Origin: Gammaproteobacteria bacterium
Lineage (GTDB): Bacteria > Pseudomonadota > Gammaproteobacteria > JAKDMP01
Direction of reading: 5' to 3'
Assembly: GCA_027018875.1 (NCBI GenBank)
Contig: JALUYA010000007.1
Location: forward strand, 23,607 to 87,606
DNA: 64,000 nt
Below are positions 29,725-38,029 of the stretch, piece by piece. The notes beneath the pieces were generated by a model. That model was not told the origin of the DNA, searched no databases, and worked only from the letters and a program-made list of their open reading frames with translations. Numbering within the stretch: position 1 is the first letter of the stretch; the number at the start of each line of letters is the position of its first letter. The position numbers were made by a program, and so were the translations under genes.

Positions 29725-30719
29725 GCTCGAACGCAGCCGGAGTACTACACCGCCGGTGGCTTTCTGTAGCGCCGATGTTGAACCGTACCGATCGGCATTT
29801 TCGTTATCTGGTGCGCTTAATTAGTCGCCGCACCTGGTTGTACACCGAGATGGTCACGGCCCAGGCATTGCTGCATGGCAATCCTTCTCGGTTATTGTCG
29901 CATGCAGGGGTAGAGGCGCCACTTGCGGTACAGCTGGCAGGGTCGGATCCGGCTGCGCTGGCCCGTGCCGTTATCGTTGCCATGGAGTTTGGATTCGATG
30001 AAATCAACCTAAATGTCGGTTGCCCGAGCCCCCAGGTGAGCGCGGGCCGTATGGGTGCCCGCCTGATGGCGGAGCCGCAGCTGGTGGGGGAATGCGTTGC
30101 GGCAATGTGCGCGGTAAGTAATTTGCCGGTTACCGTCAAGACCCGGCTGGGAATTGATGAGTATGATGATTTCGAGTTTCTTTGCCGATTCGTCGAGACG
30201 GTTGCGGCGGCCGGTTGTCGCACGTTCATCATCCATGCGCGCAAGGCCTGGCTGAAGGGACTCGATCCGAAGCGCAACCGTACGGTTCCGCCGCTGGATT
30301 ACGCTTGCGTCAGGGCGCTCAAGGCGGCTTATCCCCGGCTTGAATTTATTCTCAATGGTGGATTACAGGATCTTGCCATGGCCCGTGAAGCCATTGCATC
30401 GGGCCTGGATGGGGCCATGATCGGACGTGCGGCCTATGCTCGTCCCTGGTGTCTGGCTGCGGCCGATCGGATTTTCTATGGGGAGCATGTTGCCATGCCG
30501 AGCCTTGCTGAAGTACTCGACGCCTACCTCGTGCATATCGGGAGAGAGCATGCCGCCGGGACTCCCCTGGGACCGATGCTGCGCCATATTCCCGGACTTT
30601 TTACCGGGTTATCCGGGGCGCGTGCGCTACGCGCCCGGATCGGTGCCCAGGCTGGATCCGGCTCGCTTGATTCGCTTCGGGAGGCCCTGGCCCCTGTATT
30701 GAATGCGCAAGCCGCCTAG
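29721..30719 (+). CDS. dusA: tRNA-dihydrouridine synthase A
   Basis: LSVAPMLNRTDRHFRYL, EINLNVGCPS, FIIHARKAWLKGL. 332 aa. Confidence 0.9.
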   Translation: MSSNAAGVLHRRWLSVAPMLNRTDRHFRYLVRLISRRTWLYTEMVTAQALLHGNPSRLLSHAGVEAPLAVQLAGSDPAALARAVIVAMEFGFDEINLNVGCPSPQVSAGRMGARLMAEPQLVGECVAAMCAVSNLPVTVKTRLGIDEYDDFEFLCRFVETVAAAGCRTFIIHARKAWLKGLDPKRNRTVPPLDYACVRALKAAYPRLEFILNGGLQDLAMAREAIASGLDGAMIGRAAYARPWCLAAADRIFYGEHVAMPSLAEVLDAYLVHIGREHAAGTPLGPMLRHIPGLFTGLSGARALRARIGAQAGSGSLDSLREALAPVLNAQAA

Positions 30720-30727
30720 TACTATCT

Positions 30728-31549
30728 ATGCCGAAACGCAATTCCCTGAAAACCAGTTTGGCCGATCGCGCCGATCGTTATCGACTATACGAGCAATCGG
30801 TTCAGGATCCGGTAGCCGAGGTCGAACTGTTGCAGGATTTTTATCGCCGTGCTCGAGGGCGGGCGGCCCGGAGCCTGCGGGAAGATTTTGCCGGAACCGC
30901 GCGGGTGGCCTGCGAGTGGGTATCCGGCAACACTCGTCATCGGGCGGTTGCGGTAGACAATGATCCGCGGGTGTTGCAATGGGGTCGAGAGCACAACTAC
31001 CAACGACTCAAACCCGGTGCGCGGCGGCGAATCGAGCTGGTTTTGGCGGATGTGCTTGAGGCGCCACGTGGCCCTTTCGATCTGATCACCGCGATGAATT
31101 TTAGTTATTGGTTGTTCCGGGATCGGGCGAGCCTGCGTCAATACTTTGCCTCGGTGAAGGCATCACTCGAGCGCAACGGGCTGTTTCTGCTCGATGCCTA
31201 TGGCGGCTACGATGCTTACCGGATGCTCAGGGAGCGGCGTAAAGTAAGAAATTTTACCTACATTTGGGAGCAGGCTGACTTTGACCCGGTGAGTTCCTGC
31301 GCCGTTTGCCACATTCATTTTCGTTTTCGTGACGGTTCCAGCCTGAGACGCGCCTTCAGCTATGAATGGCGACTGTGGACCTTACCCGAAATCCGGGAGT
31401 TGCTGGCCGAGGCGGGTTTTGCCGAATCCCGGGTGCTATGGCAGGGGACCGACGTGCGCACCGGGCAAGGAAACGGGGTGTTCCAACCCACCGAACGCGG
31501 TGATCCCGACCCGGCCTGGATTGCCTATATCGAAGCTGAACCCTATTGA
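30728..31549 (+). CDS. Class I SAM-dependent methyltransferase-like protein (motif I degenerate)
   Basis: Rossmann-like layout with VAVDNDPRVL and FDLITAMNFSYWLF (motif II/III region). 273 aa. Confidence 0.55.
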   Translation: MPKRNSLKTSLADRADRYRLYEQSVQDPVAEVELLQDFYRRARGRAARSLREDFAGTARVACEWVSGNTRHRAVAVDNDPRVLQWGREHNYQRLKPGARRRIELVLADVLEAPRGPFDLITAMNFSYWLFRDRASLRQYFASVKASLERNGLFLLDAYGGYDAYRMLRERRKVRNFTYIWEQADFDPVSSCAVCHIHFRFRDGSSLRRAFSYEWRLWTLPEIRELLAEAGFAESRVLWQGTDVRTGQGNGVFQPTERGDPDPAWIAYIEAEPY

Positions 31550-31559
31550 GAGAAAGGCC

Positions 31560-32678
31560 GTGAACGATCAGGAAAAAGGGAGCTTGTTGACCCGGGGGGT
31601 GGTTCGCTTGCCCGAGCCACTCAGGCTTTATCGGGGGGGTGAACTGCAAGAGGTGGACGTTGCCTATGAGTCTTGGGGGAACTTGACGGGAGGCAACCTG
31701 ATTCTGCTGTTTACCGGGCTTTCCCCGAGTGCTCATGCGGCCTCATCCCTAGTGGATCGTTCCCAAGGCTGGTGGGAAGGAATGATCGGGCCGGACAAGC
31801 CTATCGATACCCGCCGCTGGTGTGTCGTGTGTCTGAACTCGCTTGGGAGTTGCTTTGGATCCACCGGGCCCGCCTCGATCAATCCCCGGAGCGGTGAACC
31901 TTACCGGCTCGATTTTCCCGCCTTGGCGGTCGAAGATATTGCCCGGGCGGGCTACGCGGCCTGCCAGGTCTTAAAATTGCCCCGTCCCCGGATGGTGATG
32001 GGACTTTCGCTGGGAGGCATGAGTGCGTTGGCGTTTGCGGCCCAGTTTCCGGAGGCGGTACCGAACCTGGCGATCATTTCCGCCGCGGCGCATGCCTGGC
32101 CGTTCGCGATCGCCATTCGTTCGTTGCAGCGCGAAGCTATCCGCAGTGATCCGGCTTGGGAATGCGGTTACTATGCGCCGGGCAAGGCGCCGGTGAATGG
32201 CATGCGCCTGGCCCGCAAAATTGGAATGCTTTCGTATCGCTCGCCCGAGGAGTGGCGTCAACGGTTCGGTCGATCGCGGGTGCGCCAGGATACTTCACGT
32301 GGGGTGGCTTCGTTTGGAATCGAATTTGAGGTTGAGAGCTATCTTGAGGCCCATGCCGATCGATTCGTCGGGCGGTTCGATGCGAACAGCTACCTTTATC
32401 TGTCACACACAATGGATCTGTTTGACGTTGCCGAGCACGGGAATGGTGATGTCATCGAGGTGTTTAGGCGGCTGCAGACCGAGCAGGCGCTGATAATCGG
32501 CGTTGCATCCGACCTGTTGTTTCCCCCCGAGCAGCAACGTCAACTGGCGCGGTGGATGCGCCAAGCCGGAATTCGTGTTACATGCGAAATTCTCCCCAAT
32601 CTGCAGGGGCATGATTCTTTTTTAATCGATATCGAACGGTTTGGCGGGGTGATCAGCGGGTTTTTGGACGGGCTATGA
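31560..32678 (+). CDS. MetX-family alpha/beta-hydrolase acyltransferase (homoserine O-acetyltransferase paralogue). GTG start at 31560, just after the upstream stop.
   Basis: Colinear with MetX: GxSxG-type GLSLGGMSALAFAA, FDANSYLYLSHTMDLFD, GHDSFLID. A second, canonical metX lies at 51440. Confidence 0.75.
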   Translation: MNDQEKGSLLTRGVVRLPEPLRLYRGGELQEVDVAYESWGNLTGGNLILLFTGLSPSAHAASSLVDRSQGWWEGMIGPDKPIDTRRWCVVCLNSLGSCFGSTGPASINPRSGEPYRLDFPALAVEDIARAGYAACQVLKLPRPRMVMGLSLGGMSALAFAAQFPEAVPNLAIISAAAHAWPFAIAIRSLQREAIRSDPAWECGYYAPGKAPVNGMRLARKIGMLSYRSPEEWRQRFGRSRVRQDTSRGVASFGIEFEVESYLEAHADRFVGRFDANSYLYLSHTMDLFDVAEHGNGDVIEVFRRLQTEQALIIGVASDLLFPPEQQRQLARWMRQAGIRVTCEILPNLQGHDSFLIDIERFGGVISGFLDGL

Positions 32679-34333
32679 GCCCCGAACTCGCGGCCGCTCT
32701 TGAACGCCAGGCAGGGGATCCCCGGCTACGGCGGTGGCTGCGCCGGGAGCGCCTGTGTTCCGGCTCGGCCAACGATTGCCTGGAGGTTTCCACTGCATTG
32801 CATCGACAAGGGGATTATCGTGCCGCGGCCTTGTGGATGTTGCGGGCCTGCCGACTTGTTGCCGCGGAGGGGACGAACGATTCCTGGCGCTATCGACTGG
32901 CAAATGCGTTGCGATGCGCGGGCCGTAATCGTCTCGCCCGGATGATCCTCGAGGATCTGGTTCAGCGTTATCCGCAGTGGGCCGAACCGGCCCGGAGCCT
33001 GGCCTGGCTGCATCGGCGGGCGCGCCGTACTGGAGAGGCGGGGGCGACGCTCGAGCGCTTGGCCCAAGCCGCCGGCTATGACCCTCGGATCGTTTTGGGA
33101 TCAAGTGGATTTCTGCAGGAGATGGGACTGTACCCGGCAGCCGAGCGTCTCGTTTCCGCTGCACTTCGTTCTCGTCCCGTGGCCGCCCTGTATGCCGAGC
33201 GGGGTACGATTCTCGCGAGTCTCGGCCGTTTTAAGGAAGCTGAAGATACCTTTTCCCAGGCCTTGGCACGCGATCCCAATCAGGCGGGGGTCTGGTTGAG
33301 GCTGGCCATGATGCGGTCCTGGAACGATGCGGCAACCAGTCCGCTGGGCTTTTTTCAGGCCGCACTCGAGCGTTCCGACCTGAAACCGGACACGCGAACA
33401 ACCCTCTACTTCGCCTTGGCGAAAATCGAAGATGATCTCGGTCGTTTTGAATCGGCTTTTTACCATGCCAAACAGGGTAATATTCGGCGGGCCGGAGAGG
33501 TCCGGTTTGATCGCAAGGCCTGGGCAGCCTGGGAACAGTCCCTGTACACGGCGTTACCGATTGGCTTTTTCGATCACCGACGGGAGGTTTCGGTATCATC
33601 CGAGGCCCCGGTATTTATCGTCGGTATGCCTCGAAGCGGCACGACCCTGGTGGAGCGGCGCCTGGCGGGGCATCCCGCACTCGAGGGCGTAGGTGAACTG
33701 GAGACGGTCGAGGCGGTCGGACTGAGCCTCGCGGGGGCGGCGGGACTGCCCGCAGGGCTGGTGAATGTTCGCCGCGAGGCACTGACCGCGGCCGTCCATG
33801 ATTGGCGTGCCCGTCTTCCCGAGACCGTGCCGGAAGGCGCTCGGATCGTCGATAAAAACCCGCTTAATTTTCTTCACCTGGGGTTGATTTCTCTATTGTT
33901 CCCACGGGCCACTATTATCCGGATACGCCGTTCGCCACTGGATACGGCGGTATCGCTTTACCTGAACCACTTTGCCCACGCCCGGATGAGTTTCTCCTAT
34001 CGTTGGGACGACATCGCCTGGATGTACGCCATGTATCAACGGTTGATGGCTCACTGGCAGCGGGTGGTTCCCATCCCGATCTACGAACTGGATTATGCTT
34101 GCCTGGTCGCCGAACCCGAAGCAGAGTTGCGTCGATTACTGGATTTTCTCGGGCTGGAATGGAACCCGCGTTGCCTGGAAGCCGTGGCGGACCAGGGCGT
34201 TATCGCTACGGCAAGCCTGTGGCAGGCACGCCAACCGGTTTATACCCATGCGGTGGGACGGGCTCGGCACTACGCGCCCTGGCTCGATCCGCTGCGTGAG
34301 GCGTTCGAACGCGAGGGCGTAGAAACGGGGTGA
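32675..34333 (+). CDS. TPR-repeat protein with C-terminal sulfotransferase domain
   Basis: N-terminal TPR-like helical repeats, then the PAPS-binding 5'-PSB motif IVGMPRSGTTLVERRL and a sulfotransferase-like tail. 552 aa. Confidence 0.7.
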   Translation: MSPELAAALERQAGDPRLRRWLRRERLCSGSANDCLEVSTALHRQGDYRAAALWMLRACRLVAAEGTNDSWRYRLANALRCAGRNRLARMILEDLVQRYPQWAEPARSLAWLHRRARRTGEAGATLERLAQAAGYDPRIVLGSSGFLQEMGLYPAAERLVSAALRSRPVAALYAERGTILASLGRFKEAEDTFSQALARDPNQAGVWLRLAMMRSWNDAATSPLGFFQAALERSDLKPDTRTTLYFALAKIEDDLGRFESAFYHAKQGNIRRAGEVRFDRKAWAAWEQSLYTALPIGFFDHRREVSVSSEAPVFIVGMPRSGTTLVERRLAGHPALEGVGELETVEAVGLSLAGAAGLPAGLVNVRREALTAAVHDWRARLPETVPEGARIVDKNPLNFLHLGLISLLFPRATIIRIRRSPLDTAVSLYLNHFAHARMSFSYRWDDIAWMYAMYQRLMAHWQRVVPIPIYELDYACLVAEPEAELRRLLDFLGLEWNPRCLEAVADQGVIATASLWQARQPVYTHAVGRARHYAPWLDPLREAFEREGVETG

Positions 34334-35765
34334 TCGCCTCGCGGGTTGCGGTAATGGCCGTTTCCAGGGGCACTTGGTAGCGTGCAGTCCCGTTGATCAG
34401 TACCGCAAAGGCCCCCCAGCCACCGGTGGCAAAACGCAGGTAGCCGGCCAGTGCAAATACACTGTGAGGCTGATTCAGCGAACCGGTTTTAACCGCGATT
34501 CGACGCATCCACATCGGATCCGGGGCAAATTTGAGCAGCCCGGATGGGGTGTGGGCCGGCACGGTCAGGGTGCCGAGAAAAGTGGGTAACAGGCCGAAGC
34601 GGCGGTAAAGGACCTGGAGCAAGGCGACGACGTCTCTGGCACTGGCGCGGCTGTCGGTGCTCAGACCACTTCCGGAGTAGAGTTCCAGCGCGGGACGATG
34701 GTCTCGCAGGACGGGAGCGAGCGCTTCCAGCCTGCGTGCACGGCGAGTAAGCAGTGTGCCCGCCGCGGCCAGGCTGAGTGGGGGGGGCCGCCGGCGGTGC
34801 AGCAGGTCCAGGGCCAGGGTGTCGGCCATGAAGTTGTTACTCCAGGTCAGCATGCGCCGAATTAGGATCCACAGAGGTTGGCTTTCGGTACGGGCCAGTG
34901 TTTTGCCGGCCGGGGTGGAGTGGAATCGAATTTGCACCTTGCCGGTGATATGAACCCCGGCCTGGGCGAGAAAGGCCCGCAGAACTTCGCCGCTGAAGCG
35001 CAGTGGATTGGCGACGGCGCGATAGTAACGCCTTGGGGGTGCGCCGGCAGGCACATTTCCGGCCACCTGGAAAATATTATCGGTATTGTTGCTTTGCCTG
35101 CGCGTTACGACGATTTGCCATGGGCGCCCGGGGGAAACGGTTTCGATTCGCCCCCGAATGACGAGGCCGGGCAGGGGGAAGGGCTCTATTGCCAGCCGGG
35201 CGGGATGCCCGGGGCGGCTTGCCGGCATGACCACGAGCGCCGCCGTGCCGAAATCCACCACGGAGGCGCCGATTCGCGCGTTATAGGCATGGTTGCTCAT
35301 TGCCTCTCCGCGGCACCGGTCCCGGGTCGTGCAGCCGAGGCGTCCGAATCGACTTGCATCCATTACCAGGTCGCCGGCCACGCGGTGAATGCCGCGTTCG
35401 TGAAGATTCCTAGCCAGTTCCCATAGTCGGGCATCGGTAAGCGCCGGATCCCCGCCACCCTGAAACACGAGATTTCCTTCCAGGATCGTTCCGCGGATCG
35501 GAGCAGAACTGGTGAGTCGGCTGGTAAACCGGTGCTGTGGTCCCCACTGTGCGAGCGCGATCGCGGCGAGGTACAGCTTGCTGACCGATGCCGGTGGCAG
35601 TGTTTGACCAGGATTGAGCGCGGCAAGAATTTTACCGTTATCCAGGCGAACGACTAGGGAACTGACTCGGGCTCCCGCCTTTTGTAGCGCCAGTAAGGGC
35701 GCCATTGGCGGCGCTGCGATCGCCGGTAGGGCCAGAATCAGCCCCAAGAGAACACTAGCCCTCAT
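34206..35765 (-). CDS. dacB: D-alanyl-D-alanine carboxypeptidase/endopeptidase (PBP4, peptidase S13). Start placed at MRASVLLGL; the C-terminal 40 aa overlap the sulfotransferase gene antisense and may not be real.
   Basis: Signal peptide, SVSKLYLAA (SxxK) and overall PBP4-like domain order. Confidence 0.7.
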   Translation of the reverse strand: MRASVLLGLILALPAIAAPPMAPLLALQKAGARVSSLVVRLDNGKILAALNPGQTLPPASVSKLYLAAIALAQWGPQHRFTSRLTSSAPIRGTILEGNLVFQGGGDPALTDARLWELARNLHERGIHRVAGDLVMDASRFGRLGCTTRDRCRGEAMSNHAYNARIGASVVDFGTAALVVMPASRPGHPARLAIEPFPLPGLVIRGRIETVSPGRPWQIVVTRRQSNNTDNIFQVAGNVPAGAPPRRYYRAVANPLRFSGEVLRAFLAQAGVHITGKVQIRFHSTPAGKTLARTESQPLWILIRRMLTWSNNFMADTLALDLLHRRRPPPLSLAAAGTLLTRRARRLEALAPVLRDHRPALELYSGSGLSTDSRASARDVVALLQVLYRRFGLLPTFLGTLTVPAHTPSGLLKFAPDPMWMRRIAVKTGSLNQPHSVFALAGYLRFATGGWGAFAVLINGTARYQVPLETAITATREAITPFLRPRVRTPHAADRARARSAEPVPPHGYKPVGVPATGLP

Positions 35766-37110
35766 CTTTACCGGGGCTGGTCGATTCCACCACTGCCCGG
35801 AGTGAACCCCGCGCCAGGCGGGCCCGAACCGGATCACCCGGATGCACCTTGGCGGCATCGCGCAGAACCCGATCCCGGGTATCGAACACGATGGCGTAGC
35901 CGCGGGCAAGCGTTTGCTCTGGACCCAGGGAAGCCAGGCTGGCGGCCAGCGCCGCGAGCACCGCTCGCCGCTGTTCCAGGCGGATACCCAGCGTTTGCAC
36001 CAGGTTCCGGCGTAATGTTTGAATGCGTTCGGTGCTGCGCCGAAGGCGTTCTCCGGGAGAGCCACGTGCCAATTCGGCACGTACCGTAGCGAGGCGGGCC
36101 TGGTGGGCGCTTACCAGTCGCCGGGGTGCCGCGGCGAGCCGTGTTGCTAGTTCGTCCAGGCGTTGGGCCCGGGTTTCGAGGTGTTTGCGGGGATGCTGTA
36201 GCCCGAGCCGTTGGGTGAGTGCCGCCAGTTGGCGCCGGTGTTCGTTATGATCGCGTCTCCAGGTCTGGCGCAGGCGGGCCTGCAGGTGAACCAGGTCGCT
36301 AAGCAGCTTGCTTTTGTCCGGCACCACCGCGGCTGCGGCCGCCGAAGGGGTAGGTGCACGCCAGTCCGCGGCCAGATCGGCGATGGTGAAGTCGGTTTCG
36401 TGCCCCACTCCGCTGATGACCGGAAGGCTGGAGGTGCGGATGGCACGAGCTACTTTCTCCTCGTTAAACGGCCATAGATCCTCCAGCGATCCGCCGCCAC
36501 GGGCGAGGATGAGCAGATCGCAGTCCCGGCGCTGCGACGCTACCCCGAGCGCTGCAACGATGCTCTCGGCCGCGCCGTCTCCTTGCACCGGCGTGGGATA
36601 AATCAGCACGTCGGTCGGCGGCCAACGGGCCGCCAGCACCTTGAGGATGTCGCGAATTGCCGCACCGGTGGCCGAGGTGATTACGCCGATCCGTTGCGGG
36701 TAGCGCGGTAGGGGGCGCTTGATTTCGGCGGCGAATAGACCTTCCGCCGCGAGTTTTTGTTTTAATTGCTCAAAGGCGTGTTGCAGTGCTCCCAACCCGG
36801 CTTCTTCGAGATCGGTGACATAAAACTGGAAATCACCGCGGGTGGGATAGATCGATAGGCGCCCCCTGGCCAGTACCTTCCGGCCATCGCCGGGCATAAA
36901 CCGGGCGCGCAGTACCTCACGGCGAAACATCACGCAACGAATCTGGGCCGCGGCATCTTTCAGGGTGAAATAGATATGCCCGGAACGGGGTTGGACTAGG
37001 TTGGATATCTCGCCCTCGACCGTAACCCCTGGAAATTCGTTTTCCAAGAGCGACTTGGCCGCATTGACCAACGCGGATACCGAATAGATCGCCTGGGTGC
37101 CGTTGCTCAT
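35755..37110 (-). CDS. xseA: Exodeoxyribonuclease VII large subunit
   Basis: N-terminal OB-fold region VEGEISNLVQPRSGHIYFTLKD typical of XseA. 451 aa. Confidence 0.9.
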   Translation of the reverse strand: MSNGTQAIYSVSALVNAAKSLLENEFPGVTVEGEISNLVQPRSGHIYFTLKDAAAQIRCVMFRREVLRARFMPGDGRKVLARGRLSIYPTRGDFQFYVTDLEEAGLGALQHAFEQLKQKLAAEGLFAAEIKRPLPRYPQRIGVITSATGAAIRDILKVLAARWPPTDVLIYPTPVQGDGAAESIVAALGVASQRRDCDLLILARGGGSLEDLWPFNEEKVARAIRTSSLPVISGVGHETDFTIADLAADWRAPTPSAAAAAVVPDKSKLLSDLVHLQARLRQTWRRDHNEHRRQLAALTQRLGLQHPRKHLETRAQRLDELATRLAAAPRRLVSAHQARLATVRAELARGSPGERLRRSTERIQTLRRNLVQTLGIRLEQRRAVLAALAASLASLGPEQTLARGYAIVFDTRDRVLRDAAKVHPGDPVRARLARGSLRAVVESTSPGKDEG

Positions 37111-37211
37111 ATCGCGGGCCGGATACCGTCACTCATGGGCCACATGATACGTCTTGGCTCCCTGAACGGGTAGGATTTGTATGGGGTACCATCCGTACAT
37201 CGGCCGCGGTT

Positions 37212-38015
37212 TCAGGACGGTGGTTCGATGGGCGTTACCAGGGCCAGCACGCCAAAGGCGGGATTGTCGAAGTATTGCAGTTGCCCCGGTGTGAGCATGG
37301 CGCGTTGGCGAAGCAGGAAGCATTGCTGGCCGGGGGGCGAGATATCGGATCGGGGTTGGGGCGGCAGGACGGTGTCGGCTTGCGGCAAGGCTCGGGTGAC
37401 GGCGGCTGCGGCTCCCATTGTGGCGACTTCGGTTGCCATCGGGGGAGGCTGCAATACCAGGCCTGGTGGGCGCGGTTCGCATAAACGAAGATTCAGTGCC
37501 AGGGCCGGTTTCCGGTTAATGACCAGCAGGGTTGCGGTTCCCGTTACCTGGACTTTTCCGGATGGTGCTGGTTGGGGGCCGGGAACCGGGGCAGGGGCCG
37601 GCCCGGTGGTGCTCACGGGCAGGGGGGCGAAGCTGACCGCGCGGGCCATGTTCGGTGTGGTGGCGGGTTGCCGCCAGCCAAGCAGGCGTACCGGCGCATA
37701 TTCCGCGGTGTTGGCCAGGCGGTTTTCTGCATTGGTGATCGGCCCGGACATGCGTGTGAGCATGGCGTATGGTCCGGTGGCTACCGCCGGCGGATAGACC
37801 GCGCCCTTAACGGGCGGAGACGATACCTGGGCTGGCCAAGTCTCGCCGAGGGCGGCGCCCGGCTCGGTATAGCGGAATATCAGTACCTCGACGGTATACC
37901 AGTTTGGTGGCGAGGTTGCGCCTAACCCGGTGGGAGCCGAAATAGCGGGGGTGGCAACGAATCCAGGTAGGGCGAGTGCCAGAATTGCGCAAAATTTTTG
38001 TACCCGCATAGACAC
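37212..38015 (-). CDS. Pro-rich periplasmic protein, possibly CsiV-family (peptidoglycan-binding), adjacent to mfd
   Basis: Signal peptide. C-terminal YFDNPAFGVLALV motif and mfd adjacency, both as recalled for the CsiV family. Low certainty. Confidence 0.45.
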   Translation of the reverse strand: MSMRVQKFCAILALALPGFVATPAISAPTGLGATSPPNWYTVEVLIFRYTEPGAALGETWPAQVSSPPVKGAVYPPAVATGPYAMLTRMSGPITNAENRLANTAEYAPVRLLGWRQPATTPNMARAVSFAPLPVSTTGPAPAPVPGPQPAPSGKVQVTGTATLLVINRKPALALNLRLCEPRPPGLVLQPPPMATEVATMGAAAAVTRALPQADTVLPPQPRSDISPPGQQCFLLRQRAMLTPGQLQYFDNPAFGVLALVTPIEPPS

Positions 38016-38029
38016 TTTGGTTCCGGCGG

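Noticed and set aside
31560-32678. Calling the second MetX paralogue a redundant homoserine O-acetyltransferase
   Set aside because: Context argues against a simple duplicate: it is coupled to a methyltransferase-like and a sulfotransferase gene next to LPS genes, and a canonical metX is already present in metY-metX-hom. Left as MetX-family, specificity unknown.
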